Assembly: GCA_965113315.1 (NCBI GenBank)
Contig: OZ220376.1
DNA length: 64,000 bases
Direction: 5' to 3' (one strand)
DNA from: Podarcis vaucheri
Taxonomy: Eukaryota
Both the position numbers and the translations under genes were made by a program. Below are positions 50,501 through 61,200 of the stretch, one piece after another. The notes under the pieces were generated by a model. The model was not told where the DNA came from. It made no database searches and worked only from the letters and a program-made list of their open reading frames with translations. Positions within the stretch are counted from its first letter, which is position 1. Every line of letters starts with the position of its first letter.

Positions 50501-53500
50501 GGTAGTGGAGGTAAGGCGAGAGATGTCAAGGCCAGGACAATTCAGAAAACTGTTTCTGCGTTTTTAAAGAGGATTTTTCCTACCCTTGTTCCTTTGTGCT
50601 GCCGGATGGGTGTGTGAACCTCAGAAAGGGAAATCTCTGACCTTATCCCAGGTGATCTTGGGACAGTCACTTGCCCGCTCGTTGACTCTAGGCCTCCATC
50701 TCCTTCTCATTGGTTTCCTAGGGCTTCTTGTGCTTTGCCAGTTGCTTCTCTGAGTTTGCCATATTGGTCCCCTACTTGAGAATAAACACCATATCATGTG
50801 CATCCAGGCCATTTTGGAGCCACAAATCCTGCTCCCTATCTTGCACCTTTGAGTGTTGGACCTGTGAACCTTAAGGCACTGTGATCACAAATTACCTATT
50901 TGGTGCTGGTTGTTGACGTGTGAGCATCTACTCTTGCGTTGTATTCTTTTTAAGACTTGCAGCAGAGTTTCTTTAACAGAGAATCATTATTATTTACAAA
51001 AAAATTACACCGGTCAAATAAAACAATATAATTCCTTCTCCTCTAGCCATCTGGCCAGAGACTCAATTGCTGACTCATTTACAACTTTGTTCATTTACAC
51101 GCCTTCTCCAGCGAGAAGAACATCATTTTGCCTGTTCTGACCTTACAGGCAAGTATTTATTTTGTGGAGCGGAGGAGAGTGGAATAAAATGCCTTGTGGC
51201 TAAAGGGTGGGGCTCTTTCTCTGATAGAGCTGAGCATCAACAGGATGGATACCCAAAGAGTTTCCTGTTTAGAATGTCAAAAAGTAGTTTTGTTGTGGGA
51301 AGAGCACTGCTCTGGGAGCTCTGCCCTGCCCTACATGTATCTGGCTGAGAGTGACTTGCCTGTGGGTGGATCCCTCTTGGGATCTGAAAGTGCTGGCCCT
51401 AGGGCATCTCTCCCCTTCTACCTGGCACCTGGCTTGGCCTTCCCTCCCTCCCTTGAATCCCAGCCTGCTTTTCTTTCAGGAGAGAGAGGACCCCATCATG
51501 GAGTGCCAGGAGAGTGAGGTGGATGTCTCCCCCTCTCGTACGGGAGGCTCTTCTTCGCTTGCCTCTGGAGACCTTGGTGACATCAGCTCCTTCTCATCCA
51601 AGGCCTCTGGCCTCCAGCGCATGTCCAGTGGAGGGAGCAGTGCCTTGTCCGTCACACACAGTGGGACAAGTTCTGGGCAAGGAGGCACTCTTCTGAGAGG
51701 AGGGAGACCTTGCCAAGGAGCTGGGCCTGGAGACTTGGCCTTCCCTGGGGTCAGAAAGCTCAGGTGGGTGCAGGGCCTCTGGGAAAGGGACATCAGAGGA
51801 AGGCTTCACTTTGGGGGAGCAGCAGGGTGGAAGAGAGAGAGGCCATTTTGCATTTTGAATATGACTGTCAGTATATTCTTTAACCAGTTTCCAAACTGAA
51901 AGCCTGTGCTATACTTTTAAAAGGCCATGGGTTCTAAAACGAATTGAATTTATTCACTGTTGGCGAGTTAATATTTTTGATGTCAAGAAGGTTTTAAATA
52001 CTTGAAGGTTGGTGTTGTATTGAGTGATGTTTCAAACTGGGGAAACAATGTGGCAAATCATGTTGGGTTGCCTTGTGAGCAGCTTTATTTGGGCTTTGCT
52101 GTTTACCTTGAAATGCAAGGGATAAATTCTTTGTGCCCACAGTTCTGTGCCATGACCCTGGGAGCATGTGTGGGGCCTCCAGGACATTGTGGCTGGCAGG
52201 CAGGCTGGCTGTGCAGAGGTTAACGCTGCCTTTGGTTTTCCTAGCCCTAGGAAGGGGGGCAGCCAGCCTCAGTCTCCAGTCCAGCCTGACCATGCAGCAG
52301 TTCCTGGGGGGTGTGAGGAGGAAGCGCAAGGTGTGATCAACCAGAGGAGTGGCAGAGCCCCTCCAACTCCTCGCAGACGAGGGCGAAGGGGCCGCCTCAC
52401 ATCGCGATCGGCCGGAGCCAGGTAGCGTGGTGAAGGTCAGCTGATGCTGATGAGGGAGGTGACCCTGGTGGGGTGGAGTAGCAAGAGCTAAAGGCCCTTG
52501 CAGCTTCTCCAGCTGTTTCTCTCCCTGCATCTGCAGGGCGAGCCTACCAGCTGTGGAGGATCTGTCAACCACAGCCTTGCCAGAAGAGGACTGCCACACG
52601 CATCGCCCTTTGAAGGGGCAGGACCGCAGCATCTCCCCTGAAATCCCCTTGCAAGAGCGTCTGGGGGTTTCTACCAGCACAGAGCTTTCCTCTGCTGCCA
52701 CCTCCTCTTCTGCGAACAGCTTTGTGGGCCTCCGGGTGGTGGCAAAGTGGTCCTCGAATGGCTACTTCTACTCTGGGACTATCACACAGGATGTAGGGGG
52801 TGTCAAATATAAGCTGCGCTTTGACGATGGCTATGAATGTGATGTTCCGGGCAAAGACATCTTGCTGTGCGACCCTCTCCCCCTGGAAACAGAGGTGACG
52901 GCCCTTTCGGAGGACGAATACTTCAGCGCAGGTAACTTGTCTGGCTGGCAAGTGACCTGCAGTGTTTGGGGTGGGCGGTAGCGGAGAGTTGGGTCCCAGT
53001 CTGTGAGCTGCCCTTATGATGCCTTCTGCCTTGGCTGCAGGGGTAGTGAAGGGGCATCGGAAGGAGGCCGGGGAGCTGTTCTATTGCATTGAGAAGGAGG
53101 GCCAGCGGAAGTGGTACCGGCGGAGAGCAGTCATCTTGTCTTTAGAGCAAGGGAATCGGCTCCGAGAGCAATTTGGGTTGGGCCCCTACGAACCCGTCAT
53201 GCCCCTGACAAAGGCGGCTGACATCAGCCTTGGTAAGCAGCCTATAGGCAACTGCCCTGTGGGTCTGGCCAAGAGAAATGGGAACCCCTAGGAACCTCTT
53301 AATTGAGGGCAGGAGCTGCAGGGTGCTGGCCTTGGGTAAACTCTTCAGTTTTAAGAGGCGCAAGTGACTTCCTTCTGCTACCCTGCAGAAAACATGCAGG
53401 GGGGGCCCTTGGTGCTGCTGCATGTTGAGGTGGGAGCTAACAACATTCTCCTTGTGGGGCTAGATAACCTGGTGGAAGGAAAGCGGAAGAGGCGCAACCT

Positions 53501-56500
53501 TGGCTCCCCCAGCACCTCCAACAACACAACACCAACCCGCAAGGGCCCTGAGAGCCCCCAGACCCCGCACAGGCTGTCTAGCAAAAGGAAGCTAGTTGCC
53601 TCAGAAGAGGAGAGATCCCCTGCCAAACGAGGGCGGCGGGCAACCCCTACAAAGCCAGGTCAGACTGTTTTATGTCTCCTTGCATTGCATCTCTTCTCCC
53701 TGGACCAGACTTTCCCTTCTTGGTCTTCTCCAGCCTTTCCTCCCAAACCAGAGGAGCTGGAGCTGAGCTCTTGCACCAGGAGGCTCCCCTCTCTCTCCAT
53801 GAGAGAAATTCTAGGTTGAGGCTGCTGACCTGCTGTCAGGAGGCAGCCACAGGACTTTGATTTTCCTCCCTCCCTCCACAGGGGCTGCCTGTTCCAGGGA
53901 AGCAGTGAGCCCATCTGTCAGTGGAGTGGACTTGGGAGATATCCCGGCACCAGATGACCGATGGGGGCCTATGCCCCACAACAAGACTCTCTTTCTGGGC
54001 TATGCCTTTCTCCTCACAATGGCAGACCCCACAGATAAACTCTCCAGTTGCCAGGAGCCTGCAGTGAGCAGCGAAGAGGAAGGTGAGCACTCTGTTGCTC
54101 CAGGGAGGTTGTTGGGGGCAGGGGTGGCCCTCGTTGACTGAATCTGGTTTAGGGTGGTGAAACTCCAGCGGGTGACAGAAAAGGCAGAACTAGGAAGGGA
54201 CCCAAGGGGGCCCACCTAGTTAAGCATCTTGTTCACATGGGGGCCAAAGGAAGGCAGCTTGGCCAAGGATCCCTGGTAGGGATTCTGCTAGCTGCGGTTT
54301 CTGTCCTCTTTGCAGGATAGTGGTGTGCCTACAAGGGCTAAGGAAGTGGCAAGTTGTGGGGCTGCAAGAACTTGAAGTCAACAAGCCAGTATCTTACTGC
54401 ACTTTCCAAAGTTAGTTTATTGAGGGGATAGTTGAACCTGGGACTTGGTAAGACTGGCTGTATCCTTGCACCTTGCCAGCCAGTGTGCAAGCACATCACA
54501 GGAGGGCTGTTGGGCAACATGACAGTATGAAATCCCTTGAAGGCTACTTGAGGAGCCATACCAGGTGGCAGTCATGCCTTCTGCTATTCAAGGTCCTAGA
54601 AGCCCCAAAGATAAGGAATGGCCAAGTGTGGGGCAGAACATGTTTGCCATCTTGTGGCCCTCTAAGAGAAATCAGTGATTTCGGAATGAGCTGCAGATCT
54701 CTCTTACAACTTTCATGCTCCTTACAGCTACCATTTGGGGCTCGCTTTAGGGCTCAGAAAATAATTTCACTAACTTAACAGTCAATTTCTGAACATGGCT
54801 CCAAGTGTTGGTGCTTACCTTTTAAAACCCTTTGCAGCAAGGGGCTTGGATTTTTGAAGGACCACCACCTTCTGAATGAATCAGCCCAGGTACTGAGGTC
54901 ATCACCGAAGGGTCTTCTCTGGGTTCCCCCTCCTCTTAATTACATGGGTGCTGTCTTGAAGGTTTTCTTGGCAATAGCACACCCCTTTGGGTCACTTTCC
55001 TCACCTGTTACTACTATCTCTTATGTCATCTTGGCACTAGGTGAAGACCTTTCTGCATTTCTCTAGGCATTTTTAAATGTCTAAATCTGCTGCTGTGCTG
55101 CACACACGTTCTTGTCAATTGTATTATTTTCTGTTGAGTATAAAAACAGTTCTTAGAGCACATTACTGAACAGTGAAGAATAATTTTTAAAGTGAATAGC
55201 TGTTCCTAATCATGTTTAGTCTCTGAACTGAATTTCAATGCAATTGTTTTCATGTTCTTTATTTAACAAAATTCATAGTTTACAAAGAAAAATCAAAATA
55301 CTAACTTAAAAATTGACAGAAGCAAGCATTTAAAAGAAGTCAACATGCAGCTTTTAAAATATAAATAAAATCTGAGATTTTGATTGTGTGGGAATATTTC
55401 ACAGTCCTCTTGCAAGGGAAGAGGTGTAGTGCTCTATTTATGCTAAAGAATTAACTCTGCTAACTTCATCCTGTTTTCTAGACTTCTTGGAGGTAACACC
55501 TTACAACAAACACTACATTGGACTGCAGCTGCAAGCTGGAGGTGGTTTCATCCTGGATGACTTCAATGAAAGCCAGGTCAGGAGCCAGAGCTGGGGATGC
55601 ATGAAGTAGCATCACCCAGGTTGGCAGTGGAGATTTATTTGGAGAGGGTGTTGGTGCTTTGCTGCTGTTTTCCTTTTAATTATAAAATTGATGCTTTTCT
55701 GGGTGTGGTCCAAGGGTGGCAGGTGTGTGACGGGTGGCAGCTTCACCTGCACACAGGTTGTCAAGTGAGAATTGCCATTTGTTCTCCTTTCAAGACCTGG
55801 GATGAGGAAAGGAGGTGCCTGGCCATGATGCTTCTTGGAATGGGACAGATCTTGATAGGGGCTGCTTGAAGTAGAGGCAGAGAGAGCCTCTTTTCCTTCC
55901 ATTGGCACATTTCTCACTTCTCTACTTCTGCCAGTACTGAGCCTTCCATTTTGCAGTTAGCCTGGCTGGCTAGTTGTCAAATAAGCATTTGACCACACTG
56001 GGTGTTTTATACTGAACCTGCAGCCTCTTCCAGGGCTTTGTGTTTCTATGGAAGCCCAGGTCCCACCCTCCGCTTCCTTTGTCCAGTGCAGTGCAGCCTA
56101 CCAGTGCTTCCTGATAGCAGACAGACACTGCCGCAACCGGATTTACTTTCTGTGCCTTGCCCGAGGAATCCCCTGTGTGTCTCACGTCTGGGTCCATGAC
56201 AGTTGTCATGCCAACCAGCTGCAGAACTACCGGAATTATTTGTTGCCAGCTGGTTATAGCCTGCAGGAGCAGAGGTTGCTGGACTGGTAAGTCCATGAAT
56301 GTTGGAGGGACCATGAGCAGCTTACCCACCTGGTGCAGGTGGAACAGGGTGGCATGTCCAGTTCCCTTGCAGTGGAGCTGCTTCTAACCTTTGCTTCCTT
56401 CTAGGCACTCTCGTGAGAACCCTTTCAGTAAGCTGAAGGTGCTTCTGGTGTCCAGTGAGCAGCACGACTTCCTGGAGCTCTGGTCTGAGATTCTCATGAT

Positions 56501-57055
56501 GGGGGGTGCTGCTTCTGTTAAGCTGCAGGAATCTGCCTCATGGAGCAAAGGTACAAGCCCCTGGAAGGCAGCCAGCTGGTTTCTGTGGCGGGTATATTGG
56601 CAAGAGGCTCTCCGTTGCCCACTGAGACATACCAATCCCCCTGTGCAGAAAAGAGGCCTGGTGTGGGAGGAGCTTTAACTTAGATTCCAGAGGCTTGCTG
56701 AGAAGTTAGATGAGGCAGGGCAAGAATTGATTGGCTACTTCACCCCTTTCCTTGTGTGGAGCTGCCATCCATCCTTTTCCAAAGGCAGCAAGATCAAGTA
56801 CCTGGTGCTGTAAACAAGCAAGAGGAAAGGTTTGACCACACAGGGCAATTCTTGTTTTCTATTTCCACAGATGTGAGTTTGGCTGTGTTTGATGTCGTGG
56901 TGACTGATGCTTCGTGCCCAACAGCTTTCTTGAAATGTGCTGAAGCGCTACAGCTGCCAGTGGTAACCCAAGAGTGGGTGATCCAGTGCCTCATTGCTGG
57001 GAAGAAAGTTGGATTCAAACACCCAAAGTATCAGCTTGATTCTGTCCCCAGTTGA
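38134..57055 (+). CDS. TP53BP1: TP53-binding protein 1 (53BP1); complete gene, 25 coding exons, about 1861 aa
   Basis: MDP...EDSQ N-terminus, oligomerisation domain, GAR motif, tandem Tudor ([11 protein letters not shown]...FDDGYECD), UDR ([18 protein letters not shown]), NLS and tandem BRCT. Exon phases are compatible; sum 5586 nt. Confidence 0.97.
38600..38658 (+). CDS. TP53BP1: TP53BP1 coding exon 2
   Basis: cag/gtaagt, phase 2/1; ends SLCAE (cf. human SLGAE). Confidence 0.8.
38964..39119 (+). CDS. TP53BP1: TP53BP1 coding exon 3
   Basis: [14 protein letters not shown]; tag/gtaggt. Confidence 0.9.
40022..40064 (+). CDS. TP53BP1: TP53BP1 probable coding exon 4
   Basis: Polypyrimidine tract with cag, donor AG|gtaaat; phase 1/2 bridges neighbours; little protein similarity. 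Confidence 0.6.
40766..41001 (+). CDS. TP53BP1: TP53BP1 coding exon 5 (5' boundary less certain)
   Basis: [12 protein letters not shown] motif; donor G|gtgaaa; in-frame TAG at 40743 limits the 5' extent. Confidence 0.75.
41935..42040 (+). CDS. TP53BP1: TP53BP1 coding exon 6
   Basis: [14 protein letters not shown]; cag/gtaagt. Confidence 0.88.
42100..42270 (-). mobile_element. tRNA-derived SINE (related copies near 17870-18060 and 46335-46480)
   Basis: Shared GGAAGCTGCCTTA...CTGACTGGCAGCAG...ATTGAACCT motif (antisense B-box). Confidence 0.65.
42689..42780 (+). CDS. TP53BP1: TP53BP1 coding exon 7
   Basis: PSP...[11 protein letters not shown]; tag/gtatgc. Confidence 0.88.
43062..43216 (+). 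CDS. TP53BP1: TP53BP1 coding exon 8
   Basis: PQSSTP...[10 protein letters not shown]; tandem cag acceptor, gtaagt donor. Confidence 0.88.
43610..44756 (+). CDS. TP53BP1: TP53BP1 large coding exon 9
   Basis: [10 protein letters not shown]...LSASECSQ...VPETP; tag/gtaagt; 1147 nt. Confidence 0.92.
45933..46052 (+). CDS. TP53BP1: TP53BP1 coding exon 10
   Basis: ETPFH...LTGITPP...RHSTPI; cag/gtgagt. Confidence 0.93.
46875..47099 (+). CDS. TP53BP1: TP53BP1 coding exon 11
   Basis: TIATSDV...[11 protein letters not shown]; cag/gtaaga. Confidence 0.92.
47413..47464 (+). CDS. TP53BP1: TP53BP1 coding exon 12
   Basis: [11 protein letters not shown]; cag/gtaata. Confidence 0.87.
47939..48034 (+). CDS. 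TP53BP1: TP53BP1 coding exon 13 (GC donor)
   Basis: [13 protein letters not shown]; tag acceptor; only AG|gcaagt keeps frame with the next exon. Confidence 0.85.
48829..49318 (+). CDS. TP53BP1: TP53BP1 coding exon 14 (LC8/DYNLL1-binding region)
   Basis: [10 protein letters not shown]...SAATQT; cag/gtgaga. Confidence 0.92.
49662..49775. mobile_element. Tigger/pogo-type MITE (114 bp)
   Basis: TIR CAGTCAAACCTTGG / CCGAGGTTTGGCTG; TA TSD. Confidence 0.8.
50358..50510 (+). CDS. TP53BP1: TP53BP1 coding exon 15 (oligomerisation domain)
   Basis: [25 protein letters not shown]; cag/gtaagg. Confidence 0.95.
51480..51763 (+). CDS. TP53BP1: TP53BP1 coding exon 16
   Basis: [15 protein letters not shown]; cag/gtgggt. 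Confidence 0.93.
52245..52421 (+). CDS. TP53BP1: TP53BP1 coding exon 17 (GAR motif)
   Basis: SPRKG...[10 protein letters not shown]; tag/gtagcg. Confidence 0.92.
52537..52931 (+). CDS. TP53BP1: TP53BP1 coding exon 18 (Tudor)
   Basis: [20 protein letters not shown]...EDEYFSA; cag/gtaact. Confidence 0.96.
53041..53232 (+). CDS. TP53BP1: TP53BP1 coding exon 19 (Tudor 2 / UDR)
   Basis: GVVKGHRKE...LTKAADISL; cag/gtaagc. Confidence 0.96.
53464..53658 (+). CDS. TP53BP1: TP53BP1 coding exon 20 (UDR end, NLS)
   Basis: [11 protein letters not shown]...[18 protein letters not shown]; tag/gtcaga. Confidence 0.94.
53882..54082 (+). CDS. TP53BP1: TP53BP1 coding exon 21 (BRCT1 start)
   Basis: [15 protein letters not shown]; cag/gtgagc. 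Confidence 0.95.
55482..55576 (+). CDS. TP53BP1: TP53BP1 coding exon 22
   Basis: [11 protein letters not shown]...[12 protein letters not shown]; tag/gtcagg. Confidence 0.93.
56087..56286 (+). CDS. TP53BP1: TP53BP1 coding exon 23 (BRCT1)
   Basis: [32 protein letters not shown]; cag/gtaagt. Confidence 0.96.
56405..56550 (+). CDS. TP53BP1: TP53BP1 coding exon 24 (BRCT2)
   Basis: RENPF...[18 protein letters not shown]; tag/gtacaa. Confidence 0.95.
56871..57055 (+). CDS. TP53BP1: TP53BP1 last coding exon
   Basis: FDVVVTD...QEWVIQCLI...HPKY; TGA at 57053-57055. Confidence 0.96.
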
Positions 57056-57158
57056 ACCTTTTTGCAGGCTGTCATTGTCACCCAGGTTTTAAATGTCTGT
57101 GTCACTTGAACTGTGCATGAAGTGCTGTATATAGTTTTAACTTCTGGACTTTTATGAT

Positions 57159-57164
57159 AATAAA
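57159..57164 (+). terminator. TP53BP1 polyadenylation signal
   Basis: AATAAA about 100 nt after the stop, followed by a U/GU-rich tract. Confidence 0.7.
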
Positions 57165-57679
57165 CGTCAATTTTCTTGTTGCAGTATCTAGGATTTCTCC
57201 TCTTACCATCTCTAAAGTGGCCCAGCATGATTGCTTGCAGCTGCCAGTGGAGGGAAGAAGGGAAAGTTGCTCATTTAATACGCTGACATCAATTGCTGTA
57301 GATGGCCTGTCCTTTTTATCCCTTGGTCCAAGAACGGTCTCATTCAAGGGTTCCCCAGAGTTCCTTACTCAGTTATACCAGCCTACACTCTGTGTAGATG
57401 CAGACTAGGATCTGCCAACAAATGTGGAGGTGTTTACACATTGTTGGCATAGGACAGCTCATGAGTGGGAGGGGCAATCTCCTTGTGGAGACTCCTGCTC
57501 CTCAGATAAGAAAAATATATATACACAGTGGATTGGGCACTAGCTAGAGTTCTTCCATGGTATGCCTTTGCTGCTGAACTAAAAAAGCAAAAATAAGGCT
57601 GATGGCAGAAGAAAGTGAAACAAATAGGGGTGGAGGAGGGCAGGTTACCTGAAAGGGACCAGCAGTCTTGCACCACTTG

Positions 57680-57685
57680 TTTATT
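57680..57685 (-). terminator. Candidate TUBGCP4 polyadenylation signal
   Basis: AATAAA on the minus strand about 590 nt after the stop. Confidence 0.4.
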
Positions 57686-58275
57686 CTCCTCCTCTCCCTC
57701 ACCGTGTGTGTGAGAGGAAACGAAGCTGCACCAACCCCCCCCCCACAAAAAGTAGAAGGAACACTTTCATTGGCAGACTCAGCCCAGAATAGAAATATTC
57801 GGTATCTTCTCCCTGCTTCCGTATTTAGAGACACGAAATTGCATTTTCAAAAAAGCAACTTTCCTGCAGTTAATCACACTTTCCCATTAAGAGCAGGTCA
57901 ACGCTCACCCTGATTTGCACAATGTGGCTCCTGGATGATGAGGGCAATGAGACAACCTCCTTTGCTCGCAGCCTTACTTGCAGTGCTAGCAGTAGAAAGA
58001 GCCAAATTCGCTGACAAGTGACAGCAGCATTTGAAAACAATTCAAAGTCAATGCTAAGCAGCACTTTCACTTCCGGAAAAACATGCAGCATAAGGAGAGC
58101 AGTACTAGAGACACATATAATGAAGCACACACTGACAGAGTCCTTTCTGAGTGCCAGGATGAGGTCCTAATATCTCTCAGCACCTTCCCCTCCAGAAGTC
58201 AGAACATGTATCCTGACCAGAGCAGGTTTGCTTCCCAGAAAAGGTGGCAACAGCCTTCATTGTGAGACTGGTGGT

Positions 58276-58291
58276 CTATTCTAATCCCACA
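58276..58291 (-). CDS. TUBGCP4: TUBGCP4 probable terminal coding exon (SVGLE*)
   Basis: Strong polypyrimidine tract plus cag, phase 2, short tail like human SFGM*. Confidence 0.7.
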
Positions 58292-61200
58292 CTGTAGAGA
58301 AAGAAGGGGCAGTTAATTAGAGGAAGGGCTCTGTGGCTGCAGAAGGGAGAAGGGTTGTGTAAATTGGGCACAGTAGCCAAAACTGTTAAATGTTAGAGAT
58401 GCACACACATATTATTTACAGACCACAGTGTGCAAAGTTTGAATTGCATTTTTTAACATAGCACACAGCTGGTTATAAATACATTTATATCCCACCTTCT
58501 GGGATATAACAAAACAGAAACAGCAGAAAGTCTAGATTATGCCTAATCATCACATCCCTCTCACCAGCAGCTCACCAGCTTAAGACCTTGTGTGTTTCTG
58601 GTTAGTAACAGCCTGTGTAATTAAAGATTCCCAGTCCTTGGGAAACCTTAAGCCCTAGAAGGCAAGGAAACCCAGGCTAAGGATGGCTGTAGAAGAGTCC
58701 ACATTCAGGCAGAGCCCCCCACCTCCCACCACCAGCAGGAATATAACTAAAGGAGCTTGTGTGGTTTCCTGGCACTTGCCAAGGCCTACCTGCCCAAGGT
58801 GCCTCCAGCCTGGGTATAGTATTTGTTGTAGTCAAGACGTAACAGCAACTGAGCCAAGTCTGAATTGATCTGGTGATTGTGAACACTGGAGAGGATCTTG
58901 AAAAGGAGTGAAGACTGACAGCTGAAGCCCTGCAAAGGTAAACGGCACCCATGAGCCATAAATTGAGGGCTCTGCCTTAGCAGAAAGGGCTGAACAGAGA
59001 GGACTAGAAGGCCACTCGAACCCATATGGGGAGGAAGCATCCCAGGCAGCTGCCCCACCTCATCGCTCACCCTTTGGGAACTGCTGTCCTGGAGGAGGAA
59101 AGGCCCCAGCTGTTGCTGCCAGTATGTCACAAGGGCCCGACCAAGGCTGTTTCTGATGAGCTGCATGGAAGAGCAATGGCCAGACTTCTTGTGTTCCTAC
59201 CCCCACCCCATGCTGAATTCATCAGAGAGCTGCCTGCTCTGAGTTTCCAACATGCTTCCACAGGAGAGATGCCCCAAAAGCTTTGGGCGATGTTTTTCAG
59301 GTAGAAAAGTGCAAGACGCACCTTGGCCAGGATGCTCAACTGGGCCGTCCCCCGCTCATCCAATGGTCCCCGGTTCTGGCTGACAAGTGAGCAGAAGCTA
59401 TGGCATAGATCCAGTATTTCATTCAGACAGTGGAAAGCCTGCAAAACCAAAGAGCAGAAAGGAGATGGAGGGCCTCACCAGAGCAGAAGCTTCTCGTCTT
59501 GCCCTTCCGCAGCCTGAGATAATAACAAGATTCAGCAGGATTATTGGACTGGTTTACTCAAACTATTTCACTTCTTGCTTAGTAGAGCAATTCTTAAGGT
59601 CTAATGGAGCTGATACAAACAAACAAAACAAAACAAAAATCTTCATATACTGCACAGCGGCTACCAAAGCCCGAAATTTCTGTTCAAGCATCATAAGCTA
59701 CTCTAAACATGAGTTTCCAAGACCAATGAACATACAGTGGTGCCCCGCAAGACGAATGCCTCGCAAGACGGAAAACCCGCTAGACGAAAGGGTTTTCCGT
59801 TTTGGAGGTGCTTCGCAAAATGAAATTCCTATGGGCTTGCTTCGCAAGACGAAAATGTCTTGTGAGTTCCTGCGGGTTTTCCCCCCCTCCCCCCCTTTCC
59901 CCCAAGCCGCTAAGCCGCTTATTAGCTGATCCTAAGCCACTAAGTCGCTTAACAGCTGATCTGCTAAGTCGCTAAACCGCTTACCAGCTGATCCGCTAAG
60001 CCGCTTACCAGCTGATCCGCTAAGCCGCTAATAGCGCTAAGCCGCTAATGGGCTTGCTTCGCAAGACGAAAAAAACGCGAGACGAAGAGACTCGCGGAAC
60101 GGATTCTTTTCGTCTTGCGAGGCACCACTGTACTTTGATAGGCTTCTCCAGATTGCCAAATGCTACCAAGGAAATGCTACCAGGAAAACACTCCCCCCAA
60201 AAAACACATGATGAAGGCAAACTGACACAGTTGCAGTTCATTTATTTTCTATCCTGCTTTTCTATACAGACCTGTACCTCATTATTCACTTTAGCAGGTA
60301 AGGGCTTTGGTTGTGCTCATGGCCAAGCAACACAGCCATGTTCACAAGGGTCTGGCTTTTGCTTTAGTTCCTTCTTGCCGTGTTTGCACTGAAGTGAGCT
60401 AGGAGTGCTGTACTGGATGGGCATTTGGACTGTTCGAACAGGACCAGTTCTCCTGGGGACACAAGGCAAACAAACTATGGGGATCACTCACTGGTTTCAG
60501 CAGAATGAAGGACTGTGCTAGGAGATTGCTCAAGAAGTGATCATGTGCCAGTCGAATGCTCTCAAAGTCACGGGTGGAGTTGATCTGCTGCAGAAGTTGG
60601 GAGAACTGAGACTCCAGAACATCCACCTGAGGATACGGAAAAGTGAGGGAGAAGATACTGCCTGCTGTTTCCAGTCATTTCCGGCCACCAATTTTTGGTG
60701 GGAAATTTAGGGTATCGCTGGGAGAAGTGGCTGGTGCATATCCCCTGGAGGAGCAGCACCGAAGCCTCAGAGTTAGCCCCTGAGACCTGTGTTGCTGCTC
60801 ACCTGCAGGTAGTACTGCAGATTGTCTACAAGGAAAGTCATGTGATGGCGCAGTTGCCACTTGATGGCATCTGTCCTGTTGGATTCCAGGCGCTTGCACC
60901 ACATCTGTAGAGCCCAGCAGTGCTGCAGTTCAGCCTGGACTCGACGCACACTTAGCAGATACTTGAAGACCACATTGTACCTGCAAGCCAAGAGGAAGGC
61001 AAGCAAAAGATAGCTGGGTCAGACCAGGCCAGCATTTCCTCCTCCCACCCAGGAAATGTGTGCTCTGCTACAATCAACCTTTGACACCAAAATGCCACAG
61101 AATCCACCTGGAAACAGAAACAGGGATAAAGCGGCCCTCACTTTTCCAGGACGGCAGGAGTAAAGAGGATATGCAGGGGCCACTGCACTCTGTAGGAGAG

